This document shows, one piece after another, positions 28,766-40,910 of a stretch of 64,000 nucleotides of DNA. Below the pieces are notes generated by a model, which made no database searches, was not told the DNA's origin, and worked only from the letters and a program-made list of their open reading frames with translations. A program made the position numbers and the translations under genes. The DNA is from Azolla caroliniana (lineage: Eukaryota; Plantae; Polypodiophyta), in contig JBHGNT010000001.1 in assembly GCA_043228905.1 (NCBI GenBank), positions 30,504,001 through 30,568,000 on the forward strand, written 5' to 3'. Each line of letters starts with the position of its first letter. The stretch's first letter is position 1.

Positions 28766-30154
28766 TGATAATGAACATGAGGACATTCTCATAGGACCAA
28801 AACATGACATATGGAACCATGAGGTAACTAACGGTGGGAACCATTGTCAAATGGTTGTAGATGTTGTAGTGTGAGATTCTCATTATTATGGTAAGTTCAT
28901 TATTGATTCCAAAACTTCACAATAAGTTTAAGAGGAAGTTGATTGTTTTTCTTGTGTTAAATGTTATGCGGGTGAGAATTTTGGTTCACCATACCTAATT
29001 GCATTGTTCTACTTGTTTCATATATGACATCATTTGTTTGATCATATGCTTATACTAGCCTTTGTATCACAATAGAAGTGAGATGAAATATCTCCTTCTA
29101 TTTTCTCTATGTATGGTTTTCAAGTAATATACTAAGGTGCATCTTTCTTTGAAAAAAATAAATAGATTGGTTCACCATATCCTCACATGTGTTTGTTGTG
29201 TTGGCTTTATGTAAGCATTGTAGTATTGCAATATGTTATTCTTGACATCCTCTGTTAAATTTGTTGCGACTTCACTAATAAGGCGTGTTTCAATGTTTGA
29301 TCATATATCATTTATTTATAGCTCAATTATTGTTCTCTTCAACCATTCTAATGTGAAGAAAGTTTTTTCTGTTGTTGGCAAACATCCCAAGATAGACGAG
29401 AGGAAAGAACAAGAGTTCGCATTCTTGGTACTTGGATAGGTGCAAAGAAAATAGCTGAAATCAATCATATATTGCCACACTAGTTATGTTGTTATTGTTC
29501 CATCTCCATCAAACCTTTTTATGTTGAAGTAGAAAAATATTATCTCACGAAAACTATTTTAGCAAAGAGTTTATGTAGGCCCACATGTTATGTGTGTGTG
29601 TGCGTGTGGTAGTTATAGGGCAACCCGAATGTTGTATTGTTGAGATATAGCAGGGAATTCTTACACTTAAAGGGAGAGAATGCCCATAATTTATTAGTCT
29701 TCACAAAATATATATAAAGCATATTGTGGTGTACCTTTGTGCACAATATAGAGAGAGGAGAGGGGTTTTGAAGTGGAAGTTGGAGAGAAATAATGTTTGG
29801 ACTATGGAGTTTTTCTCATGTAGCTAGGATTGGTGGAGAGAAAATAACATAAATCAATCTATGCTTGTCAAATAAGAAATGTTGCCCATTCATCCATGCA
29901 CAACCTTTTCCAAAATCATTTTGATATTGAAGTACAATATATTCTCTTAGGAAAAAACAATGCGCATAGACAGTAGCTAATGTATAACCATGCAAGTGTT
30001 GTTAAATACTTTGGTAGGCACGACAATATGTACTATTATATCCACATGAACTACTACATGTGCATGTGAATGATATAATTTGAAGTTGGCTCTCTAAGCT
30101 TGACATGTTTGAAACAATGAAATTACCAAATATGATCTATGGAACCTAGAATCA

Positions 30155-30200
<46 letters not shown>

Positions 30201-31249
30201 CCCCTGTTATAGAGAGAAGCTTCAATTTTGTTAACTCATTACTACACACAACAATTTGTACAAGCTATGCCCCTAATGCCAAACACACAAAGGCTTTTGC
30301 TAAAGATTGTTCTTTATGGATATTTATCACAAAATTGGCACAAACTTGCAAATTTTATCATGACATGAGCATATATGTTGGACAAATAAGCACAAAATGA
30401 TTTTCATCTCCACCATAGATTTTTTGCGCAACATGGATAGATTTCTTTTATATCCAACGTGACTCCATCCTCTTCATGTTAAACTGCAGTCAATGTAAGC
30501 TTGTGTGAATAAGGGCCAAGGGCACTTCTAGACCTATACAACATATATGCATTGACATTTCGCTAGATCTACAGTTACATGTATTGTTAAAAAATAACTT
30601 TAGATTTCCAATGTAAAATATTTGGTTGAGCGTAGATTTTTCTGTACATCAGAAAATGATAATGTGCTATCAATGTTGGGAAGCCAATAACATGGCCTAT
30701 GGAACCTAGAAAAACATCACAATAGATTCTCCTCTACTAATGCATGGTTTAAAACCTCATACTCAATCATTTTTCTTGGGTCGATTGTATGCTTAAGTAT
30801 GGAGTAAGTTATCATAAGTTGTTCGTGTTTCATAGGTAAAACTTTCTTACAAAGGAAACTTTTATGATCCCCTAGTCAATGCAGGTTGAAAGATTTCATT
30901 TTATTGCAATTTACATCTCACTCATTCAATTGGCCGTATGTCATCATTAGTGATTTTGTACAATGATGATACACTATATCCTGACACACTCTTGGTGGAT
31001 CATCATATCTATAGAGTACACATATCGTAATACCTTATCACCAACTCAAAATACTTGACTTCATCTAGTCTAAATCTAGTCACTCATAGGTTTGTCTTAG
31101 CGTACCCAATACCAAAAGTTCTATCACAACCTAAGCTATATTACTACCCCACCTTTACCCATGCACCTAGGGAGCACAAATGTCCTATACATGGTTGTTA
31201 GGTACATAACAGTACCACATTTAATGCATTTATACAAGTTATGGAGACT

Positions 31250-31660
31250 ACTAACTAAGCATTGTTCGTGCATTTGTGACTTTGCAATGGAAATATGGAA
31301 AAGATTTGTAACATTGTTGATACCGGTCTAACCTTGAGCGATGTGTACATCAATATTATGGGCAGTGGTACAAGATAAACCAATGGTATATGAACAAGAG
31401 GATGTTTTAGATGCTCTACATGGTTTGGTGCAGAAAACAATTATACCTTTGAATCCACAAATAGAGATTGATAAACCTGAAATATGGCAACATTTTAGTA
31501 TATTTGGAGGGCTATATGTGACCAAAAGACTTACCAAAATCATTTATGGCATTTGGACAAAGATTGTGCATAATCTCAGTGGTTCTTTGGATAATATAAA
31601 AGGTAACACGCAATGGGCAGAGTGACAACGATTGGAGTTTCATGCCATATGGGACAAATG
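31250..31660 (+). mobile_element. Possible old LINE ORF2 C-terminal remnant
   Basis: Broken Trp-rich frame (IWQHF...IWTKIV...QRLEFHAIWDK) loosely like L1 3' ends; no diagnostic motif. Confidence 0.25.
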
Positions 31661-34060
31661 AATATTTTATAGGGAGATGTCTGATAACGTGGCGTGGTTC
31701 TACTCTATACCGAAGTATTTATTTATGTCGACAATTAGAACTTTGCACAAGGATCATTACCTAAATGTACATATTCATATATATCCTTAGGGCATTTTCT
31801 TAATACTAATGTAACATCTTCCTTGGAAAAAAATTCATATTTATTCAAGTTAAGTACGTGAACACAATTTTATTATGTGTTAAATGCTCACAAAGAATAC
31901 AAGTTTACATATATTACATTAGATACTTTGTGCCATTTTCTGGCACAAAGCCACAATATAAAAAAGTTGCAAGTACAATGTCTCCACAATTTTAAACAAT
32001 AGATCATACTATATTAGTCTAACTTTGTTTAATGTATGTATGTGCTCCACTTTGGTAGTGACATTTAATACACTTGAGAATGGTTGGTAGATCATGCAAT
32101 CACTATAATAATCTCAATTCTCAATAATATATAAGGAAAGTAGCAAACGATGCAATATCATCTAAGCTTTGAAAAGAAATACAGAAAGTCTAGAATGTTT
32201 GTTACTGATACAAAACTCAAAACTTTGAGAGTGCTTGAAAATATGCACCAAACTCTTAAACTTGAATTTCAGCCAAAAGACAAAAATGTTATGAACTCAT
32301 GCATGTAATGAGTCATGTTATACTTATCTTAGTCTTAAACTCTAGTTAACAAGACTTCATGATGTAAATAGTATGCATGCATTCCATCATCTTGTTGTCA
32401 TGATATGGCAAGACTCAAACCCATGACCTTATGTTACATGAGTTGAGCCTCTTACCATTAGGCTACATATTGTAATATAAAAGATATTATTTTCATTTAA
32501 ATTTTACTATAGAAAATCGATGTATATTCCAGATTTCTCTAGAACATTCTAGAAACTTTAGGAGTACTCTTGAGAACACTATAAAAGGAGGCACAAGGCA
32601 TTATTTCGAACCAAATCAGTTCAACGCCAGTCTTAAGCCTCCTAGCTACTAGTGTATATTCCCTTAACATAATATATATCTTTTGTTATCCTCATTCTCT
32701 CGAGAGTTCTACACCTCCCTTAATACTAATCCTCATCTTTTAGTACTAATTCCTTCTCTGTCCTAGTACTGTTCCTGACAATATTTCTTTGTCTTAGTAC
32801 TGCTCCTGACAGTTTGAACCGATTTTTCCCCTTCCTTCTCTTCCTTTATCTTCTTACTTCTCCCTCCCTTCATACTAATATCTTATTCCTCTTTTCTCTC
32901 ATACTATGGCCACTGTTAACGCTCAAGAATATCAATTCGTTTTTTCGGAGTTGCAATGCTTGAAAGAGAAGTTTCTCGCATTGGAACAAGAAAATCAACG
33001 ACTGTCGGGGGAGCTTCAACAAATCTCCTTAGGGAAGTAGCAGACACAACAACAACACGGGGAACTAGCGTTACGCGTGTAACAACTTGAAGCAACCATA
33101 GTAGCAATGCAACAACAAGGACCCAGTACGCAAGGGGTTCATAAGGAACCCAAGATCGGCCTTCCCATGAAATTCGATGGAACGCAATCGTAGTTTAGAG
33201 GATTCCTTCATCAGGTACAATTAGTCATTCAAATGCATCCTTCTCGATATCCCACCGATGCATCACGAGTGGGACTAGTAGGCACTCTACTTAGTGGCAC
33301 AACTTTGGCATGATTCGCCCCTCTACTAGAAAAAGGCTCTCCCTTGTTAAATAATTTCGAAGAGTTTATTACCGAGTTTAAAGCTTGTTTTGGAGATACC
33401 AACAATGTTAGAACAACAATTAACACAATCCGAAGATTGCGCCAAGGTGAGCGGCCGACCTCGGCTTATGCTGTGGATTTTCGTTTTCTCGCCACCGATA
33501 TTCCTTGGGATGACCATGCACTAATGGAGCAATTTCGTTTTGGCCTACATAATGATGTTAAAGATTTACTCTTAAATTTCCATGAGGAGCCAAAGTCATT
33601 GACAGAAGCAATCAGCCGTGCGGTGCGATGCGATAATCGCCTCTTCGAATGACGTTCGGAACGTCAGTTCCAAATGCCAAGTACAAGTCTCACGTTCACG
33701 TTCACAAGTGGAAGGATCATGCATAAATGGAAGGATAAGGGAAATTTTGGTTGATTTTAGGGCTTTTTCAATGATTTTACAAAACAGATTGATACCAATA
33801 TCATACATGTTCAAACATATTATGAAAAAGGTTAAAAATCCACTATTTTTGTGATTTAGAAGTAACTAAAAAAAGATGAATTTCAAAAAGATACATTCTC
33901 AATTTATATCACAAACTTTACAACCAATGTTATTTTATAAGAAATGATTTTTTAGAAATCATAAGAATTCAAAACACATGCTTTTATATTACTCGATTTG
34001 TTACAAGCGGAATGTAGTTACACTTAATAGCCAAATATACATTCATGATCACTCACTCCT

Positions 34061-36841
34061 TTATGGAGAATCACTACTATAACTAATATACAATGACGAT
34101 TCCTCCTCCTCATCCTCGGATGTACCAATCAGTGCATTATCTTCGTCATAAACCAAATGGTTTGACTCTAGATTATATGTAGCAGATCTCGTTTGCCTTT
34201 GACTCGAGCCACCTTGTAGACCTGGTAATTTTTCTTTTATTATATCTATTGTTGACTTCCTTAATCGTCCGGCTTTTGTAAGTGTGAAGTCGTACACGAT
34301 GATATCCACATAAGAGATATCAAGGGTCGAGGTGTTATGAATGTTTCGCTTCCTCTTCCTACCTCCCCTTCTTGTTGGGCATTCAATCATCTCCAATGTA
34401 TACTTACCTGTAAAAGCATTTGCACTTCTAGTGTTGTACCAATGAACATTTATAGACTTGATCATGTTTTCTATTTCATGCATTAGCACTTCTAGAATTT
34501 TACCAACCCAAAATTGGTGGCCATGTGAGTTCTCATCAGCCGGCGTTGCAATCAACATCCCCGCGGTGAGCTCTTGCAAATTGCCTTGCCATCTAGCTTC
34601 AGCTGCTTCGGTCATCCTTGGTCCCACATAAATGTCTCTTTGTTGTGGATGGACTAAGTTGTCATTAATCGCATTTGCTAGTTGCTCCGGAGTTCTATTT
34701 ATGCGATCATGTTGCAGCGACCATGTGAATGGCGTTTCCAAATTCCAATTATCACCAGATACACAATTGTCTATAATTCCTTTCTGATCACTATAAAATA
34801 CATCCCACCATGACGTGTCTTGTTGTGCGGCATATTTCTTGGGGGCCTCAATATGCTTTCTTTTTTCTTCTAAGGCTTGGAGCCATGACCGTTTTTGTTC
34901 TGATACCAAGTCGCTCTGCAACTGTCCTTTCTTCTCAATTGGCATTTGCTTAGCTCCATGGACAATTGTACTCGGCATACAAAGTAATAACTGGCAACCA
35001 CCTTCAGGTTCCCATGTTGTAGAAGATGAATACTGTTTAGCATACAAAAGTGTAGAACCACTTATTCCATTTTTCTTTATCATAAAAATGCGATTGAAAC
35101 TTATATTGTTTAACTGAGCAAGCACTTTAACATTCCCACCACCCCCATCTGATATATATCTCTTAAAGTCATATACCTCCTTCAAGTGTAACACTTTTGG
35201 GCGTGGTGTATATGCATCACAAATGACATCAAATAGTTTAGGTAAAGGGAAAGCATCATGCCGAGACAACTGTCTGGAGAATGTGCTAAACATCTGATCT
35301 ATATGGTCATGTGTGTGGCCAACCAAAAGAAAATTGACTTTCACTTTCCTAAACAATTCTTGGTTGACCAACATACTTAGATAGCCAAATACAGTTGAAT
35401 TTTTGTTCTCTCTAGCAGTATTGTCCAATTGAATGTATAAAACAGGGGGGAAAGGTTGGCCCCAAGACATCAAAACTCGGTGAATGACTGTAACTGTTAG
35501 GTTAGGGTCATTGTGAACATTGGGGTATGTAATGAAGACGTGAGGTCCAACAGACCTATTATAAGCCAAGCATCCCACCAAGTGCATTTGAACAAGGCAC
35601 TCATCATTGACATCTTTGGGGAGCCTCCGCATATGCGGCAAGCACGTCTTCTTCTGGTCCATGCCATCTATCATTAAGCACATGTATTGTTCGGGCCTCT
35701 TCAAATACTTCTCTCTATGATGCATCGCCTTCTTTCGTTCTAAGGATTGTGCCTCATGATGCTCTTGTAGTAACTTCTTACTCATATCCTTTTCCATTGA
35801 TGTCTTTGCACCTTTAGCCAAACTTTTAAGATTTGCACAAATGGAGCAAAACCCCATACGTACTTTACGAGGAATGATAACATTTGAAAACTGAGCTCTC
35901 CATAATCTTGTGAATTGGCTATAGGTGATAGACTTATTACGTGAGCCCAACATATCAGATCGATAGACATCATAAACTTCCCGACGTGTATAATTATCAG
36001 AAAGGTGCATCCTACCTGTAGTGGGCATTGCTTCACAATTTAACTGAAAGTAAGTTTTCATCCAACCAATAGCATGTCTTCCAATTGCACCTTTCATACT
36101 TGGAACCTCTTTACAACTGAGCATCTGATCCCCGCTAAGTAGACGTTGTTGTATTCTATGTAGCCGCATGTTACTAACACATAACGCAATTTTGAATGCA
36201 ACTCTACATATCTGTTGCGCATGGAAGATATAATACTCGAATGATACTTTGATCCCTGTACATTTGTCAGATACTAGTTGCATATGTGACCCGAGGTAAG
36301 TGTCTTGCTCATCACCGGTCATCGAAAAATAGTATCACCGTAATTCTCGCAACTTTGATTTTCCAATCATAGACATACAACCACGGGCACAACATATTTT
36401 TTTGACATCAAATCCAATCTGTTTATCTGATGTCACCAAGCTAAATCTAGCCAGACGAATTCTTCGTGGGATTCTTCTAATATGCATAGGGCTCCCAGAT
36501 TTCTCTTCCTGCATAGAGGTTGGTGTAACCTTGTTACAATCTAATTCTTTGTTGTGACCATCGCCAATATTATTCAATGTTTCCTTGACACTACCTTCAT
36601 TCTCCGTATCTTTATTAATATCGTATTCTTCAATAGAGAACTCTTCACATGTGTCATTATTTACATTCCCTTTAGATGAGCTCAGACAATATTCTTCGAT
36701 AGAATATGGTGAGTCTGTCAACAGACAATATTCTTCAATAGAATATGGTGAGTCTGTCGACAAACAATACTCTTCAGTAGAAAACGATGAGTCTGATGAC
36801 AAACAATATTCTTCAATTGAGAACGGTGAATCTTCACTCAT
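34061..36841 (-). pseudogene. DDD-type transposase (Sola1/DUF7869-like), 927 codons with one premature TGA at 36335-36337
   Basis: ORFs 36841-36335 and 36322-34061 are in the same frame, separated by TGA (likely CGA>TGA) plus 4 codons. Motifs: CCARGC, C..AF...L.VS..RL, C..C zinc site (CSIC), IDGMDQ, LYIQLDNTARENKN, FLLVGHTHDHIDQMFS. Confidence 0.75.
36680..36835 (-). repeat. 33-bp coding tandem repeat x4 (SP[F/Y]SIEEYCLS) at the transposase N-terminus
   Basis: Translation DSPFSIEEYCLSSDSSFSTEEYCLSTDSPYSIEEYCLLTDSPYSIEEYCLS. Confidence 0.85.
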
Positions 36842-37125
36842 GGCTTAAGGTCTAGATAGGGCTCTGTAAATTATGTGCTTAGGGTAAGGAAAAAAACTAA
36901 TAAGCTCCTCTCTAAACATAAACTTCTCTCTAAACAAAAGCCAAATCAATAGAATGTCTATATTATGTAATATTATATTAATACAATACATAAAAATTTT
37001 ATTTTTAATATAGTAATTGTATTTAAAATATCAATTATTATTTAAACTACATCTATATGAAGTTAAATAAAGTATAATATAAATCTAATCATTACCAAGC
37101 CATAAATATGTTGGATTAATGTTAA

Positions 37126-37302
37126 AATCATTGGCTAATTAATGGCACCCATATTTGATATAGAACCTCTCACTCATTGGTTCTTTAATGCTCACCATTT
37201 TAAATATTAGACTTATCAATCATTGGTTAATTCATGCCCACATCTTTAATACACAGCATTTGAGAGTCATAAAAATTGTTGCTTTTAGTAATCAATCATT
37301 GG
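37126..37302. promoter_or_regulatory. Degenerate 46-bp tandem repeat carrying ATTGG (CCAAT-box) cores in the divergent promoter region
   Basis: ATTGG at 37130, 37176 and 37222 (46-bp spacing) and at 37298, each in a TCATTGG context. Confidence 0.5.
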
Positions 37303-37525
37303 TACATTCATGAACCTTTATCATTGTCTCCTTCATGACCTTTGAAGTCATTGCAGGTTGTTATCACTATAAAAGATTGATCAATATGTTAGTTTGACTT
37401 TGTAATCATTAATGCAATCATAAGTTACTCTAGTTAATGTGACTGTGGTTACCAACTAACTATCCTCAAACTTACCAACCTTGGTTAAGGTGACTATGGC
37501 TACGTTAACCAATGTGGTCAATCCC

Positions 37526-37650
37526 TATAAATAGGAAGACCTCGTCATATTTCACTCACAAGAGCACACAAGAGCGTACAGAGCGTACAGAGCACACAGA
37601 GCGTACATAACACACAGAGCGTACAGAGCACACAAAGCACGAAGCACAAA
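37526..37650 (+). promoter_or_regulatory. TATA box (TATAAATA, 37526-37533) and 9-bp ACAGAGC(G/A)(T/C) tandem repeat in the putative 5' UTR of the ParB-like gene
   Basis: CCCTATAAATAGG lies ~160 nt upstream of ATG 37687; repeated ACAGAGCGT/ACAGAGCAC units at ~37558-37650. Confidence 0.55.
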
Positions 37651-37686
37651 AGCGCGATCTCCGCCTCCACTGCCACACGATCAACC

Positions 37687-40316
37687 ATGTCTTCAAAGAG
37701 AATCGAGCGCGAGGACTCCAGGTAGGCCTCTGACACTAGTGGGCATTTTTGTAAATATGTTTTGTCGCTCAAGAACTCGATACACCGTATCAAGTTCCTG
37801 TATACAATACAAACTTTATACAGGAACTCGATACGGCGTATCGAGTTCATATTTTTTTTTTCTGATTTTTAAACAAGAACTCGATATGGCGTATCGAGTT
37901 GCTGTTTAAAACCTACACTTTAAACAGGAACTCGATACGCCGTATCGAGTTCTTGTGTTTCCTTTGCTTTTTAAACACGAACTTGATACGCCGTATCGAG
38001 GTCCCGCTATATCGAGTTCCTGTTTAAAAAGCAAAGAAATCACAGGAACTCGATACGGTGTATAGAGTTCCCATTTAAAGTTTAGGTTTTAAACACGAAC
38101 TCGATACGCCGTATCGAGTTCCCATACGCCGTATCGAGTTCGTGTTTAAAACCCAGACTTTAAACGGGAAATCGATACGGCGTATCGAGTTCCAGTTTAA
38201 AGTTTAGGTTTTAAACACGAACACGAAAAATTGTGTTTTTGGGGCAACAATTAATTATTGTGTGGAAAAGATATCAAATTGTCTGTCAAAATCAGTCTTT
38301 TTATGTTGACTTGCCTTACTTTTTAAAAAAACATGCCCTAATTATAAGTGTTTTATGACCTACTATAGCTTAAAAGAGTAGAAAATAACCCACAAATTAC
38401 CTTTATGATAGCAAATTCTCCTCAATATAGGTCTGGAATCTATATAAGTCATACCTCCTCTTTAAAAGAATATATAACCTTGTTTACTTATTACGATATA
38501 TATTTTCTAGTTTGAATAGCCCTGCCTAGAATATATTTTTGAATATAGGACTACCATGTACTCTGAATGCATGATTGATATTTTCACTTCACCACTAATC
38601 GCCTGCTAGTGAGAACTGTTCTTCATCTTCTTATTTATATTTTAATATACAACCTTAATCTACGTGACCACCTAACTTATGTTTTTGCATGTACTTTCTT
38701 AAATAGGTCATTTGAGAACCTGTCGGACCGACCCGTGAAGAAAATAAAGCTTCGCATACAGGGTTCTCCAATCGAAGCCCAGACCAAGGTAGCTCCTGAG
38801 ACCATGAAGAGAGGAAAAAAGCTTCTCTTCAACGAGGAGACAAAATCTCAGCCACACATTGACGTTAACCAAAAGAAACTTGTCGCCGCTACTGGAGGTG
38901 AAGACCTTCTTGACCGTGATCTAACGGACAAGGAATGGTGTATGCAATATGTCGACTCAAAGAAAAAAGTCGTATTGTATACAACAAAGAAGAAGGGGGA
39001 GGGGCAACTTGGAAAGGAAACCCCATTTATGTATGGTCGTATTCTACGATTTGATTATGAAGATGCAGATTCGGCCAACATACTGGTAATGATAGAGTGC
39101 TCCAAGGGGGTACGTAAAGTGTTCCTTTCAGAAGATCTTTTAGTAAAGGAATCTTGTGGGCCAGATGCGTTCAAAAAAGATCTTGAAAGCTCACAAAACC
39201 TTATTGTTACCTTGAGGCCTTATATACAAGGCCATGTAACTCTAAGAGATGAAGTGCCCTCCCCATTGAAGGCCACAAAAAGGGTATCCAAAGTCCAGTC
39301 AAGACCACCAAAGAAGAAGACAACCAAAGTGTCAGACACCGATTCAACAAGTGAAAACGAAGAGGAGGACAATAAGGGGACGCTAGGAGCTAAGCTGACA
39401 TCGGGTGTTTTGTCATCCGAGCAGAATAAGATAAGGAGAGAGTTAATGCAGCGTAAACTGGTCAGGAAAGGGCAAGTGTTTAATTTGCCTATAACACACA
39501 TCCATCGGCCCCCTATTGATGAAAAAACAGGTCGACGACCACTTGAGATTAGAGAGCCACACCGTATGCATGTTCAAAATCTCAAGAAAAAAATGAAAAT
39601 TAATCCTCATGCCACTGTGGTGCCTTTTATTGTTATGGTAGATCCTGAAGAATGTGAAACCATTGAAGATTTTGATATTAGAAAGCATGATCAATATAAT
39701 TACTTTGTCATTGGTGGATCGCATTCAGCGGAGGCACGTCGGCAACTTGTGAGAGAACATCCAACGACTTTCTTCTTCAAGTATGCCGAGTGCAAAATTT
39801 ATGTTGGGCTCACAACCGAAGAGGCTAAGCTGTTGGCATGGGACCATAATAATGATAATGACTATAGGCAGAAAATGTTGTCCATTGAGCGTATACGGTT
39901 CTTCCACCACGAGTATTTGGACGTGAAACAAAAGTTTGGTGTGAAGTTACATCCAGGCCTACGACGTCAATGTCTGCATGAAGTCGGCATTGTTGTAGAT
40001 GATAATGTTAAGTCCGATGGTCTTCGAAAATATGAGTCTTGGTTTCAATTGGCATTTAGAGATGGAGAAGTATGGGACCTACAAGATCAAATCTTCTCAA
40101 TGTGGAAGAATAAGGAGGTAAAGGGTCAACGACAAAAGAAATGTAAGGTTGAACCTCAACTAGAGTTAAAGTCACAAGCCGCCAAGAAAATTGACTTGAC
40201 AATTGAAGAAGCAGCAGACGACATGAAGCTGTCTGTGGAGAGCGATGCAAGGTATTAAGGACGAGCAGCTTCTTGTGTCTGTTTTGTCAAGGGTTGTGGC
40301 AAAAGATTTAAGCCTT
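37687..40316 (+). pseudogene. Spliced gene for a ParB/Sulfiredoxin N-terminal-fold protein: exon 1 37687-37721, intron 37722-38706, exon 2 38707-~40316; frameshifted near 40230 and apparently truncated
   Basis: ATG...TCCAG|GTAGGC donor and AATAG|G acceptor are both phase 2 and give MSSKRIEREDSRSFENLSDRPVKKIK. Residues LPITHIHRP...IREPHRMHVQNLKKKM...VPFIVMV...YFVIGGSHSAEARRQL...KIYVGLTTEEAKLLAWDHN...RQKMLSIERI follow the ParBc pattern by eye. Confidence 0.7.
37773..38192. repeat. Array of eight 25-bp palindromes, consensus GAACTCGATACG-S-CGTATCGAGTTC (plus partial copies), ~51-bp period
   Basis: Copies start at 37773, 37824, 37877, 37928, 37979, 38046, 38097 and 38168; several have 1-2 substitutions. 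Partial copies lie at ~38010 and ~38124. The inverted symmetry often extends into TTTAAACA(G/C)...(C/G)TGTTTAAA flanks. Confidence 0.95.
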
Positions 40317-40667
40317 CTAGTGGATTCTATTCTTTATAATCTTCTATATGTTTCAATTTTATTTTTATATACTTGGTTAGTAGATTTATGACATTGGTTT
40401 CACCGCGTGCATAGCTGACTACCAAATTTATGGAGAAACATGAATTAGTTTAAATTGAGGCTGATTTTGGTCCAAGCTAACCTTAACAGAACATGGCCCT
40501 ACAATTGTTGCCATGACAGTCCATGTTGTTATTATGGATCTTTGTCTTCTATTGTTAAAACTATTATGTTTCTATTCCATTGCTGCTTAGATTGTGTAGT
40601 GTGTTGATAATGGTTCCAGTTGCGTTATCGTTCGGAGTTTGATCTTGTGTGAATCACCTAAGCAATA

Positions 40668-40910
40668 GAGTAGATCAATTTTAAATACAGGTATGAAAGC
40701 CTAATAGGTTTGTTATTTCCACGACATTATCCTAAAGTTCACTGCCTTACATTGTCCACAATTATATACATATGGTTTGATCCCATATGAACAAACTGAG
40801 GAATAGATTAAATCAACTTTAAATACAAGTATTGAATACTTTAATAAGTTAGTTATTCCAATCACTTATCCTAATGTGCACTATCCTACATTTTCCACAA
40901 TTACATACAT
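40668..40910. repeat. Degenerate ~135-bp tandem duplication near the right end of the DNA-element insertion
   Basis: TTTAAATACA.GTAT...TTATCCTAA.GT.CACT...TACATT.TCCACAATTA.ATACA occurs twice (~40680 and ~40818). Confidence 0.6.

Noticed and set aside
37773-38192. CRISPR array interpretation of the palindromic repeats
   Set aside because: The intervening sequences are not unique (repeated TTTAAA.../AAGTTTAGGTTTT variants), there are no cas genes, and the array lies in a spliceosomal intron of a plant transposon.
38609-38706. GTG start of the 549-aa ORF as the true N-terminus
   Set aside because: This stretch is AT-rich intron-like sequence ending in a good acceptor; an upstream ATG exon splices in phase.
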